A DNA stretch of 64,000 nucleotides from Phormidesmis sp. (lineage in GTDB: Bacteria; Cyanobacteriota; Cyanobacteriia; Leptolyngbyales; Leptolyngbyaceae): assembly GCA_965248535.1 (NCBI GenBank), contig CBDFJR010000005.1, forward strand, positions 1,760,001 to 1,824,000, in the 5' to 3' direction. Made by a program: the position numbers and the translations under genes. The notes beneath the pieces are model-generated. The model did no database searches. It had not been told where the DNA came from and saw only the letters and a program-made list of their open reading frames with translations. How positions within the stretch are numbered: position 1 is the first letter of the stretch; each line of letters opens with the position of its first letter. Below, piece by piece: positions 53,428 to 63,140 of the stretch.

Positions 53428-54759
53428 ATGAGCGAGTCTTCTATTCGTCCTGCATTAATCACGGCGGTCTTGCCCGACTCGATCGCCGCCGAAATTGGGT
53501 TTGAACCGGGCGATCGCTTAGTCTCAATTAACGGACAGCCGCCCCGCGATCTAATCGACTATCAGTTTCTCTGTGCCGATGAAGTGCTTGATCTGCAAGT
53601 GTTAGACACCAAAGGCAAAACTCATCAAGTCGAGATTGAGAAAGACTACGACGAAGATCTAGGGCTAGAGTTTGAAACGGCTCTCTTTGACGGACTCATG
53701 CAGTGCACCAATCGCTGTCCGTTTTGCTTTATCGATCAGCAGCCGCCAGGAATGCGGGAAACGCTCTATGACAAAGACGACGATTATCGCCTCAGCTTTC
53801 TCTATGGCAGCTATCTGACCCTGACAAATCTGACCGCGAGAGAGTGGCAGCGCATTGAGCAAATGCGGCTTTCTCCTCTGTTTGTCTCGATTCACGCGAT
53901 CGAGCCAGAGGTGAGAAGTCGCTTGCTCAAAAATTCGCGGGCGGGGCAAATTTTGCAGCAGTTGCAGTGGTTTCAAGACCGCCAGTTGCAGATTCATGCT
54001 CAGGTGGTGCTTTGCCCTGGCATCAACGATGGTGACCATCTGACTCGCACTCTTTTAGAGTTAGCCGCCTTTCAGCAGCACGACATTCCAGCCGTCGCTT
54101 CGGTGGCCGTGGTGCCTGTGGGCTTGACCCGCTTTCGACCCGACGAAGATGAGTTAATTGCGGTGACTCCGCAAAAGGCGCAAGAGGTGATCGCCCAAGT
54201 TCAGCAGCTTCAGCAGCAGTTTCAGCAGCGATTTGGCTCGACCTTTGCCTGGTTAGCCGATGAATGGTTTCTGATTGCGGGGCAAGAACTGCCGCCTGAG
54301 TCGCACTATGAAGATTATCCGCAGATTGGCAATGGGGTTGGCTCAATTCGGCAGTTTCTCAAGCAGTTTAAGACAGCAGCCAAGCGATTGCCTCAGCAAG
54401 TGGTGCCCGATCGCTCCCTGATCTGGATTGTGGGCAACGCTGTCGAGCTAGCCTTTCAGCCCATCTTGCAGCGTCTCAACCAAACTAAAGGTCTCACCGT
54501 GAGAATGGTGGCTCTCAATAGTCAATATTGGGGACAAACCATCACCGTGACGGGGTTGCTGACGGGGCAAGACATTTTTCAAGCGCTGCAAGGGCAAGAT
54601 CTAGGCGACGGAATTTTGTTGCCGTCTCTGATGCTCAAGCACGACGATACGCGGTTTTTAGACGATATGCGGGTCGAAGAGCTTGCCGATCGTCTTCAGA
54701 CAAAGATTCAGATTGTACAGGGGCTTGAGGGCTTGATTGAAGCCTGCCAAAATCCTTAG
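53428..54759 (+). CDS. PDZ-containing radical SAM-like Fe-S protein (TIGR03279/DUF512 type)
   Basis: N-terminal PDZ-like region; CTNRCPFCFIDQ; YDKDDDYRLSFLYG. Confidence 0.9.
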   Translation: MSESSIRPALITAVLPDSIAAEIGFEPGDRLVSINGQPPRDLIDYQFLCADEVLDLQVLDTKGKTHQVEIEKDYDEDLGLEFETALFDGLMQCTNRCPFCFIDQQPPGMRETLYDKDDDYRLSFLYGSYLTLTNLTAREWQRIEQMRLSPLFVSIHAIEPEVRSRLLKNSRAGQILQQLQWFQDRQLQIHAQVVLCPGINDGDHLTRTLLELAAFQQHDIPAVASVAVVPVGLTRFRPDEDELIAVTPQKAQEVIAQVQQLQQQFQQRFGSTFAWLADEWFLIAGQELPPESHYEDYPQIGNGVGSIRQFLKQFKTAAKRLPQQVVPDRSLIWIVGNAVELAFQPILQRLNQTKGLTVRMVALNSQYWGQTITVTGLLTGQDIFQALQGQDLGDGILLPSLMLKHDDTRFLDDMRVEELADRLQTKIQIVQGLEGLIEACQNP

Positions 54760-54796
54760 GATTGTGAATTAAATAACTCCGGTCATTGCAAAGTCG

Positions 54797-54870
54797 TCTC
54801 CCCCTCACTCCCAACCCCTCTTCCAAGTTGGAAGAAGGGAGCAATAGTCCGGCTCCCCTTCTCCTATTTT
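54797..54870. repeat. truncated cyanobacterial short dispersed palindromic repeat
   Basis: CCCCTCACTCCCAACCCCTCTTCCAAGTTGGAAGAAGGGAGC...GGCTCCCCTTCTCC, with an internal hairpin TCTTCCAA-g-TTGGAAGA. Confidence 0.55.
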
Positions 54871-54871
54871 T

Positions 54872-55082
54872 CTAGCTAATACCAATTTGATTTGTGAATA
54901 CGACAGATCCGCACGAGGGCACGGCAGTGCCATGCCCGTACAAAAAGCGTAGGGGCATGGCATGCCGTGCCCCGTCGGATTGAACGATCAGTCGCAATTG
55001 CATCCGAAATTGGTATAACTCGGCGGGAGACCCCACACCATAACGCTTCGTTTGGTGTGGGGTCTCCCGCCGAGTTAGCTAG
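54872..55082. repeat. CTAG-bounded perfect palindrome (30-bp arms) interrupted by a MITE
   Basis: Removing 54880-55018 restores CTAGCTAACTCGGCGGGAGACCCCACACCA-N12-TGGTGTGGGGTCTCCCGCCGAGTTAGCTAG. Confidence 0.8.
54880..55015. mobile_element. 136-bp MITE with TAA target-site duplication
   Basis: TIRs TACCAATTT/AAATTGGTA; TAA at 54877-54879 and 55016-55018; carries two REP-like hairpins. Confidence 0.8.
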
Positions 55083-55152
55083 ACGACCGCGTGATCCGTC
55101 CATCGGGACTCCTGAATCCCCAGAATTAAGGGACTTTGATAGAGAGTGGACT

Positions 55153-56085
55153 CTAGCCAAAAATGCTGAGATTGAGGTGAGTGGCTAGCTTTTCTAATAG
55201 AAAAAGTCCGGCGACAGAGTTGCCAGTGAGATCGATCGCCGGGCTATAAGCCGCGATCGCGCCCTCTCTAGGCACGATCGACAGCAGCGCTCCACTCACC
55301 CCCGATTTAGTTGGTAGCCCAATCTGCACTGCAAACCCGCCCGACGCTTCATAGAGACCACAGGTGAGCATCAAGGCATTGACCATCTGCTGATGTTGAC
55401 GAGCAATCACCAAGGGCGGCTGAGACAGCAATAACCCTAACCGAGCCAAATCTTCAACAGTTCCCGACAGGCAGCAGATGTGATTATAAGTGTCGAGGGC
55501 CATCTCAACTGAGGTTAGATGCCCGGCTTGGGAGAGCATATTCGCGATCGCTCGATTAGACTCATTGGCCATTGAGCGAACCGAAGTCAGCATAGCTTGA
55601 TCGAGCACAAGACGAGTCTTTGCCAGACGATTTAGCCAATCGCAAAGGGCATGACAGCGCGACACCCCGCTTTTTCCAGGCAATAGCGCCGCCAGCGCGA
55701 TCGCGCCACTGTTGATCATAGGGTTGCGAGGATGCCCACGATCGCTGCTCAGTTGAGTTAGAGAATGAAAGGGCTGATCAGAGGGCTGCATCCCCACTTG
55801 TTTGAAGACCTCATCGGCCCCCAACCGCTCTAACGCAAACAGCAGCAAAAATGGTTTGATCACGCTCATCAACGCAAAAGGCTGAGTGACTTCACCCGCG
55901 GCAACCGTTTTGCCGCTTGTGGTTAGAATCTTGACCGCAACCGTGTTGGGTTTTGTCTGGGCAAGCAGAGGAATATAGTCAGGCAGTCGCCCTAGTTGCG
56001 TTCTAGTTTGGGCAACAGCAACCCAGGCATCTAGCTGATCCTGAGTTAAGGCATCCAGTCCTATCAAAGAATCTTTCAAGGTCAT
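55153..56085 (-). CDS. glsA: glutaminase
   Basis: PDYIPLLA, MSVIKP (SxxK), PRNPMINSGA and GLPTKSGVSG. Confidence 0.93.
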   Translation of the reverse strand: MTLKDSLIGLDALTQDQLDAWVAVAQTRTQLGRLPDYIPLLAQTKPNTVAVKILTTSGKTVAAGEVTQPFALMSVIKPFLLLFALERLGADEVFKQVGMQPSDQPFHSLTQLSSDRGHPRNPMINSGAIALAALLPGKSGVSRCHALCDWLNRLAKTRLVLDQAMLTSVRSMANESNRAIANMLSQAGHLTSVEMALDTYNHICCLSGTVEDLARLGLLLSQPPLVIARQHQQMVNALMLTCGLYEASGGFAVQIGLPTKSGVSGALLSIVPREGAIAAYSPAIDLTGNSVAGLFLLEKLATHLNLSIFG

Positions 56086-56132
56086 TTTGCCTTTTCTAGC
56101 TGCTCACGCCCTGGGTGTTAGAACTTTGCGGG

Positions 56133-56456
56133 TTAGACTCTAAACTCGTTGGTCTCTTCGGTGTATTCGATCGGCAACACCACCATTAAATTATCACTGG
56201 GTCGTGGGATGTAGTGAGACGACAGAAAAAGCTTATCGCCCTCTTTATTAGAATGGATTTTTTTAGCGGCTTCGATGCCAGCTTCGACGGCCATTTTGAC
56301 TTCAGACACATCTCCTCGAACAATGATCGTCACGTAGGCACCGCTGACTTTTTCCATTTCAACTAAGGTGACACGGGCAGCTTTGACCATAACATCTGCG
56401 ACCGCTAGCGCTGGAGGCAACCCCCGCACTTCCACCATTCCAACCGCGTTGCCCAT
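56133..56456 (-). CDS. ccmK: BMC-H shell protein, satellite CcmK-like
   Basis: AVGMVEVRGLPPALAVADVMVKAARV...VRGDVSEV...IPRP; SD upstream of the ATG at 56456. Confidence 0.88.
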   Translation of the reverse strand: MGNAVGMVEVRGLPPALAVADVMVKAARVTLVEMEKVSGAYVTIIVRGDVSEVKMAVEAGIEAAKKIHSNKEGDKLFLSSHYIPRPSDNLMVVLPIEYTEETNEFRV

Positions 56457-56592
56457 TTTGATTCTCCCTTCCCGATCGCACAATACCATCCTTCATTCTA
56501 CGCAGGTTCGTGAGATTAGGGAACAGGAAAGCGTTGAACGGGGCAGCGATCGCACCCGACTAAAAACTCCGCCGATCTAGACCATGACCGAT

Positions 56593-58245
56593 TTATTTCA
56601 ACTGCCCCGATCGAATGATCCCCCAAATCAGCCACAGTCCCAAAAAACTCGCGGTTGCAAATAAGACATCACTCACCCAATAGACCTGACTGGATTGAGT
56701 ATTGGCAGAAATAATCGCCGCACCAATAATCAGCGACCCCACCACCACGCTAAACGATAGACGATTCGCAGAAGTATCGAGAGCACGCCGAACGGGTTCT
56801 AGCTCTCTCACCGACAGATTCCATTGCAGGGTTTCTGAGGTGACACGATCGAGCAACATTTCGACCTGGCGCGGAGACTGTAATGAGAGATTTTTGACAT
56901 CCAAAACGGTTCGCAGCAGGGCGGCTAGGGGGGCTTCGCCGACGATTTGACGCTGAAACACTTCTGTCATCATCGGACGAATTTTGTTGGGAATGTTGAA
57001 GTTAGGATCGAGGGATCGGGCAATGCCTTCTAGGTTAGCGATCGCTTTGGCACACAACCCTAAATTGCCAGGAATGCGAATCTTATTGTTCCGGGCCACT
57101 TGCAGCACTTCATAGACCAGCTTGCTAAAATTCACCTGAGAAATATTGAGACTATAGTAGCGCCGCAGCAGTTGGTCAAATTCGGTTTCGAGCTTGATGC
57201 GATTGATCGGGTGCGTGGGCGGCGCAAGTTGCAGCACGAGTTGAGTGCAGCGTTGAGCATCAAGATTGACGATCGAGAGAATTAATTCCAGCAAAATCTG
57301 CTGAGTGCGTGGGTCGAGTCGCCCCACCATGCCGCAGTCAAACAGAGCAATGCGACCATCTCTGAGATAGAACAAATTGCCGGGGTGCGGGTCAGCGTGA
57401 AAGAATCCGTCGAGGCAGATTTGCTGAAAAAAGGCTTTTAACAACAGCGTCGAGACTTCTTCGCGCTCACGATCGCCATCGCCTTCAAACGCCGGGTTTG
57501 CAAAATTGGCGGACAATAGCGGCACGCCATCAAGCCATTCCATCACCAGCAGTTTCTCAGTGGTCAGATCCCAATTGATTTCGGGCACGGTGAGGCGATT
57601 GGGTTCGATCCAGCGCGAGTCTTGCAGATTGCGCCGCAGCAGATCGGTGTTGTGAGCTTCTTGGGTGAAATCGAGTTCGGCGCGCAGGGCTTGGGTAAAT
57701 TCTTCGGCGATCGAGACAATATCGTAATATTGTCCAAAGTCAGTCTGGGCAACAAGTTTGGCGATCAGACGAATCAGGGCAATGTCTTGCTCAATGACAA
57801 TTTCTAACCCCGGCCGCTGAACTTTGAGCGCCACGTCTCGACCGTCTTTGAGGGTAGCCCGATGAGTTTGAGCGATCGAGCCTGCGGCGACGGGCTGATA
57901 GTTGACCGAGGCAAAGGTTTCTTCGAGCGATTGGCGCAACTGTTGCCGAATCACAATCTCAACTTCTAGCCAATCGACGGCGGGCACTTCGGCTTGCAGA
58001 CTGGATAGGGTGTCGATATATTCGGCGGGCAGCAGGTCGGGGCGGGTGCTGAGGAGTTGTCCGAGTTTGACGTAGACGGGGCCAAGCTCGACTAAAATGT
58101 TTCGCAAAACCGCCGGGGGTGGCAGTTTGGGTTCGTCCACTTTGCCGCCTGTTAACAGCCGTTTCATATAATCCCAGCCGTTGCGAAGCACGACTTCGAC
58201 AATTTCACCTTGTCGAGAGCTAGTTTGGACGATGCGTGAAAACAT
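56593..58245 (-). CDS. ABC1/UbiB (AarF) family atypical kinase
   Basis: LGPVYVKLGQLLSTRPD, AAGSIAQTH, VALKVQRP, FFHADPHPGN, DCGM and two C-terminal TM helices. Confidence 0.95.
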   Translation of the reverse strand: MFSRIVQTSSRQGEIVEVVLRNGWDYMKRLLTGGKVDEPKLPPPAVLRNILVELGPVYVKLGQLLSTRPDLLPAEYIDTLSSLQAEVPAVDWLEVEIVIRQQLRQSLEETFASVNYQPVAAGSIAQTHRATLKDGRDVALKVQRPGLEIVIEQDIALIRLIAKLVAQTDFGQYYDIVSIAEEFTQALRAELDFTQEAHNTDLLRRNLQDSRWIEPNRLTVPEINWDLTTEKLLVMEWLDGVPLLSANFANPAFEGDGDREREEVSTLLLKAFFQQICLDGFFHADPHPGNLFYLRDGRIALFDCGMVGRLDPRTQQILLELILSIVNLDAQRCTQLVLQLAPPTHPINRIKLETEFDQLLRRYYSLNISQVNFSKLVYEVLQVARNNKIRIPGNLGLCAKAIANLEGIARSLDPNFNIPNKIRPMMTEVFQRQIVGEAPLAALLRTVLDVKNLSLQSPRQVEMLLDRVTSETLQWNLSVRELEPVRRALDTSANRLSFSVVVGSLIIGAAIISANTQSSQVYWVSDVLFATASFLGLWLIWGIIRSGQLK

Positions 58246-58445
58246 AGAAGGCGATTTATATAGAGGAATTTTTTTAGGCTAGACTCCTAAAACCTAGCGT
58301 ATGTGAGGATTTTCAGCTATGCAACTTTTGGGACAGGCAGGACGGTTAGCCGCCCGATCGCGCCCCTTACAAACCCAGAAAAACGAGCTAGGGTGAAGAT
58401 GAATCGTCTAGGCTAAAAATCTTTGAACGATCGTGGGGCAAAGGG

Positions 58446-58922
58446 ATGAATCGCTTTTTGAGTGTTGCGGGCAAGCTGGTAGGTAGCGTGTTTTTGTGCG
58501 GGGGCGGCACGGTGACGATCGGGCTGCTGATCGGATTGGCGTTTGTGCATTCCACAGGTTGGGCAATAGCTTTGTGGACGCTGATGGTGATTTTTGGGTT
58601 AGCGCCTTCGGCGATCGGGGGTTTCTTGCTCTACGGCAGTGTTAGGGCCCATCGTCACGCGCTGCGAGAACGGTTTTTTCAACTGTTGCAGGTGAGTCGG
58701 GGTCGGGTTTCTCTGCTCGATTTTGCAAATGCGACGCGGTTAGAGCCTGCGATCGCTCGTCGTCATCTTGATGAATGGGCAAGAGTTTGTCATGCCACGT
58801 TTGAGGTGACTGATGGCGGAGATGTGTATTATGTGTTTTCGGCTGACCCGATCGCGCTTCCGGGCGATCGCCAAGGGCAGGAGTTTCGGCGGGCTGTTCG
58901 GGAGTTTGTTCGCACTTGGTAG
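58446..58922 (+). CDS. hypothetical membrane protein with C-terminal wHTH-like region
   Basis: Two TM helices, then GRVSLLDFANATRL...FEVTDGGDVYYVF. Confidence 0.75.
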   Translation: MNRFLSVAGKLVGSVFLCGGGTVTIGLLIGLAFVHSTGWAIALWTLMVIFGLAPSAIGGFLLYGSVRAHRHALRERFFQLLQVSRGRVSLLDFANATRLEPAIARRHLDEWARVCHATFEVTDGGDVYYVFSADPIALPGDRQGQEFRRAVREFVRTW

Positions 58923-58968
58923 GTTGATCTCAAAAACTCCACGAGTTGGATGAAATGTAGGTAAGGTG

Positions 58969-59003
58969 GCGATCGCTGAGTGAGTTAGCGATCGCGCTTT
59001 TTT
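58969..59003 (+). terminator. intrinsic terminator whose stem is formed by two HIP1 sites
   Basis: GCGATCGCTga-gtgag-ttAGCGATCGC-gc-T6. Confidence 0.6.
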
Positions 59004-59005
59004 GT

Positions 59006-59221
59006 CTACTTCTCGTCGTCTTTTTGGAGGGCGTGCAGAATTTGAAAGCAGATTTTTAGCAGCAGGATCAGCAGGCTAGCGCTGGGGTTGAGCCAGAGGG
59101 CAAAACTGACGATCACGAATTCGATCACTTTCAGCCACTTTCTTTTATCAGGACTTTTTTTGATAAGTGCTGTAGCTTGCACTGTTTTATCCGACGGTTC
59201 CTTGTCCGGTGGATTTTCCAT
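59006..59221 (-). CDS. small hypothetical membrane protein
   Basis: 71-aa ORF with a hydrophobic C-terminal half; no recognised family. Confidence 0.4.
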   Translation of the reverse strand: MENPPDKEPSDKTVQATALIKKSPDKRKWLKVIEFVIVSFALWLNPSASLLILLLKICFQILHALQKDDEK

Positions 59222-59458
59222 CTGGGGTAATTAGGTTAGGGTAAAAGTGCAGGTAAGACACGCACATGGTTTAATTTGTACGAGTTAAGCTATGGTTTTG
59301 TCTAAGTATGTTAGACTATGATTGACTAACTGTTGACGAGCCAAGCATAACTCCACATTTTTCAGCCGTCAATAGTTTTGCAAAACAATGTATGAGAATG
59401 TATGACTTTGTGTTTTTTAATGCTACAGTGGAGTTGAATTTGAGTTCATGCGAAAACT

Positions 59459-61795
59459 ATGGCGCAACGTGCCTCCCGTTCCCTTCGTCTGCCTGAATCA
59501 GGAATTAACATGGTCAGGCAAGCTATTGCAGCTAAAAATCTAACGCAAAGCGAATTAGCCAGCCAGCTTGGTCTCTCCCGTTCTTCTATTGCCAGCTTTT
59601 TAACAGGTCGTCCTGTAGATCGCCGTTGCTTTATTGAAATTTCTACTGCCCTCTCCCTAGATTGGGAGATGCTCAGTAATATTGATTCTCTTCAAAAGGC
59701 TGAAGAAGAAGGCTCTAGGATTGACACTTTGATGCAAACAATCCGCGAACAGATTAAGCCGATCGTGCGTCAGAAATGTGGCACGATGCGGGTGTTGGAT
59801 ATGGAACAACCGATCGAGCTAACCGGAGAACGCGGCATCTACACCAACGTCAATATTTTGGAGCGCATCACAGGACGAAATCGCTTAGAAATTGCAGAAA
59901 TTTTGCGGAACTGCGGGGTTGAGGAGTTCGATCGGTTTGGACTAAGCCGAGTCACTGAGAAGCGAGTGCCAGGGCTAGAAGCCGTAGAGCAGCACAGCAA
60001 ACTCATGGTGTTGGGCAAACCAGGCGCAGGAAAATCTACCTTTCTAAAATATTTGGCGATGCAGTGCATTGAAGGCAACTTTCAGGCAAACCACATCCCT
60101 ATTTTCATTACGCTCAAAGACTTTGCTGAAGTTAAAGAACAATCCGATTTATTTACCTATATCCATCATCTTATTGAATCAATCGCTTCAGATGCTTTGC
60201 GAAATATTTTGCAGCAAGGTCAACTGTTGGTGTTGTTAGATGGGTTAGATGAAGTTAGAGAAGAAGATACCAAACGAGTTTTACGGCAGATTCTAGATTT
60301 TCTGATCAGTTTCATCTCAATCAGTTTGTGATCACTTGTCGGATTGCCGCAAAAGAATATACGTTTGAGCGATTTACTGAAGTCGAAGTGGCAGATTTTG
60401 ACTCAAAACAAATTGCGACCTTTGCCCAAAACTGGTTTCGACGCAGTGACCCAGTGAAGGCAGATCGCTTCATTGAAAAACTAAAAGAAAATAAACCGAT
60501 TCAAGAATTAGCCAGCAGTCCTTTGCTCTTAACGTTGCTCTGTCTTGTGTTTGGCGAGAAGTGCAGACTTTCCGGCAAATCGGTCTGAGCTTTATAAAGA
60601 AGGCTTAGATATGTCTTGCTCAAAAAATGGGATGGCAAACGTAATATTCAACGAGATCAGCTTTATAAAAATCTGTCGTTAAAGCGCAAAGAAGATCTCT
60701 TGAGCCAAATTGCACTCATAACATTTGAGCGGAAAGAGTACTTCTTTAAACAAAAAGCGCTAGAAGCCTACATTTCTGATTTCATTCGCAACTTACCCAA
60801 TGTTGATTCAGACCCAGAGATTTTGAGAATGGATAGTGAAGCGGTTTTGAAATCGATTGAAGCTGAACATGGCTTGTTTGTAGAACGCGCAAAAAACATC
60901 TATTCATTTTCTCACTTGACCTTTCAAGAGTATTTTGCTGCGAAAGAGATCGTCGCTAACTTTGCTTACAAAAACTTGGTTAACCACCTCACTGAAAAAC
61001 GCTGGCGTGAAGTCTTTTTGCTGACTGCCAGCATGATGCGAAGTGCAGACGGATTTGTTGAGAGCTAATGAAACAAAATATCGACAAAATGCTTGCTGAT
61101 GACGAAAATCTACAGCAGTGTTTCTCAGTTGGGTGAATCAAAAAGCTAGCTCGGTAGAAGTCACCAGCTACTAAACATTTGGTGCTGTTCGGGCTTCTTT
61201 ACTTCTCGCTCGACGTTGAGGATCGAGCGTACACTTTCCCCCGCTCTCGACCTCAAGGTTTTCCGAAGATTTCGACCTTGCTTGCGACCGTGATCTTGTC
61301 CAAAGCGCTCAAGGGCTTGCTTTTGACCTCAACCTTGACCTTGCTCGTGCGTGTACTGAGAGTCTGAATCCTTTGTGGATGCGACCTCGACCTTGACTCT
61401 ACTATTGATGAACCACTCGGAATTTCAACGATCTCGCTTTGCGATCTCGCTCTGCAGACTTTGCCCCTGACTCCGAATTAAAACGTAAGTCAGAAGAAAT
61501 CAAAAATCACCTACCTACTGCCTCACAGGTTAGTCAAGAGAACTTTAAGCAATGGTGGCCAAAAAACGGACAATCCTGGCTTGAAGCAACTGAAAGACCT
61601 AACGATTCAATACCGAAATATTGGGCACGACTGGCAGTTTGAGCCTATGGCAAAAGACAGCTATTAGAACAGTATTATGATGCCAATAGGCTGCTGGTCG
61701 ATTGTCTCAATAGCGATTGTTATGTCAGTCGAGAGGTGCGCCAAGAAATCGAAGACACCCTGTTGTTGCCGATGAGTGAAATCGATCGCGGTTGA
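59459..61795 (+). pseudogene. HTH(Xre)-NACHT NTPase with C-terminal helical domain, broken by many frameshifts (possibly sequencing artefacts)
   Basis: HTH LTQSELASQLGLSRSSI; GKPGAGKST; LLDGLDEV; ITCRIAA; SPLLLTLLC; FSHLTFQEYFAA; C-terminus YRNIGHDWQF...QYYDANRLLVDCLNSDCYVSREVRQEIEDTLLLP ending at TGA 61795; spread over several frames. Confidence 0.85.
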
Positions 61796-61819
61796 CTATT
61801 GCAAACCCAATGCCTCCCC

Positions 61820-62030
61820 TATGTTTTTAACCATGCTAACTATCGCGTCAACCCCAACGCCTCAGCAACGGTAAACCACGCATCATAGCGAGACCTCCGA
61901 ATTCTTAGAGAATTTGGAGGTCTGGGGTTTACGTATGTTCTTAACCATGCCAACTAGCGCGTCAACCCCAGCGCCTCAGCAACGATAAACCACGCATCAT
62001 AGCGAGACCTCGCGAGGTCTGGAGTTTACG
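61820..62030. repeat. diverged tandem duplication (114-bp unit plus 97-bp unit), each with an AGACCTC...GAGGTCT hairpin
   Basis: 61820-61933 and 61934-62030 align except for point changes and a 17-bp shorter hairpin in unit 2. Confidence 0.85.
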
Positions 62031-63057
62031 ACCACTCATCGAGCAGCGCTTCTAGAGCCGCTTTCATCTCATTAGGGTTCGTCGTCGTCGTGCCAAACTG
62101 CCGCACCACAATACTCGCAGCAAGATTGCCCAAAACCGCCGCCTCCCAAAAAGTAGCCCCCACCGCCAGACCCAGCGTGAGCGCCGCCACCACCGTATCA
62201 CCCGCCCCCGTGACATCAAACACATCCGTGCGATTAAACGCCGGAATATGCTGCTCAGTGCCAGCCCGATCGAACAACGTCATCCCCTGTTCGCCCCGCG
62301 TAATCAAAAATTGCTTTGCCTGAGTCAGCCTCAACAAATCCCGTCCCGCCTGAGACAGCGTAGCCGCATTTGTGATTTTGTAGCCCACCGCCAGTTCCGC
62401 CTCTGGCAAATTAGGCGTGAAGAGCGTTGCTTTTTGGTAGCGATCGAGACCCACCTGAGCATCCACCACTGCACAAGAATGAGCCAAAACCGCCTCAATC
62501 ACCGACTCAGTGAGCGTGCCATCGCCATAGTCAGAACACACGATCGCATCCACCGTTCCAATATGCTGACGAATATAATCAGCAAGCTGCTGCTGAAGCC
62601 CGATCGACGGCAGATCATCAGACTTGCGATCGATTCTCACAATTTGCTGTGTCACCGACTGCCGAGCGTGCCCAGAAATGCGAGTCTTGGTAATCGTCGG
62701 ACGATCGGGGTCAAGAAAAATGCCTTGCGTGTCAATTCCTGCATCTAAAAAGATTTGCTGAATCACCTGCCCCTGCTGGTCTTTGCCCAACAGACCCACC
62801 GCCTTCACCCGTGCGCCCAGTCGGGCAAAGTTATAAACCGCATTGGCCCCTCCACCCGGCACCTGTCGCGTCGTCTCATGCCGCAAAATCAACACCGGAG
62901 CCTCACGAGAGACTCGCTCAACCTGCCCCGTCATAAATTCATCTAGGGTCAGATCGCCCACAATTAGAATTTTTGCCTGCGAAAACTGATCCATCAGATC
63001 AAACAAGTGATCGGCAGATTGCCGAAGTTGGGCGGTAAACGGGGCATCTAGAGACAT
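62026..63057 (-). CDS. rfaE: PfkB-family kinase, RfaE/HldE heptose-7-phosphate kinase-like
   Basis: VGDLTLDE, RVSREAPV, GGGANA, SDYGDG, TPNLPE and DVTGAGDTVVA. Confidence 0.85.
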   Translation of the reverse strand: MSLDAPFTAQLRQSADHLFDLMDQFSQAKILIVGDLTLDEFMTGQVERVSREAPVLILRHETTRQVPGGGANAVYNFARLGARVKAVGLLGKDQQGQVIQQIFLDAGIDTQGIFLDPDRPTITKTRISGHARQSVTQQIVRIDRKSDDLPSIGLQQQLADYIRQHIGTVDAIVCSDYGDGTLTESVIEAVLAHSCAVVDAQVGLDRYQKATLFTPNLPEAELAVGYKITNAATLSQAGRDLLRLTQAKQFLITRGEQGMTLFDRAGTEQHIPAFNRTDVFDVTGAGDTVVAALTLGLAVGATFWEAAVLGNLAASIVVRQFGTTTTNPNEMKAALEALLDEWS

Positions 63058-63140
63058 AGGACAAGATTTGCAGCGATCGACGCTCTATTGTCGCTCACCA
63101 CGGGAGCGATCGCCCCAAAAATCAACCAGGATTGTCGGCT

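Noticed and set aside
54876..55188. ORFs 54876-55160 (-) and 54967-55188 (+)
   Set aside because: They are read-throughs of MITE and palindrome sequence.
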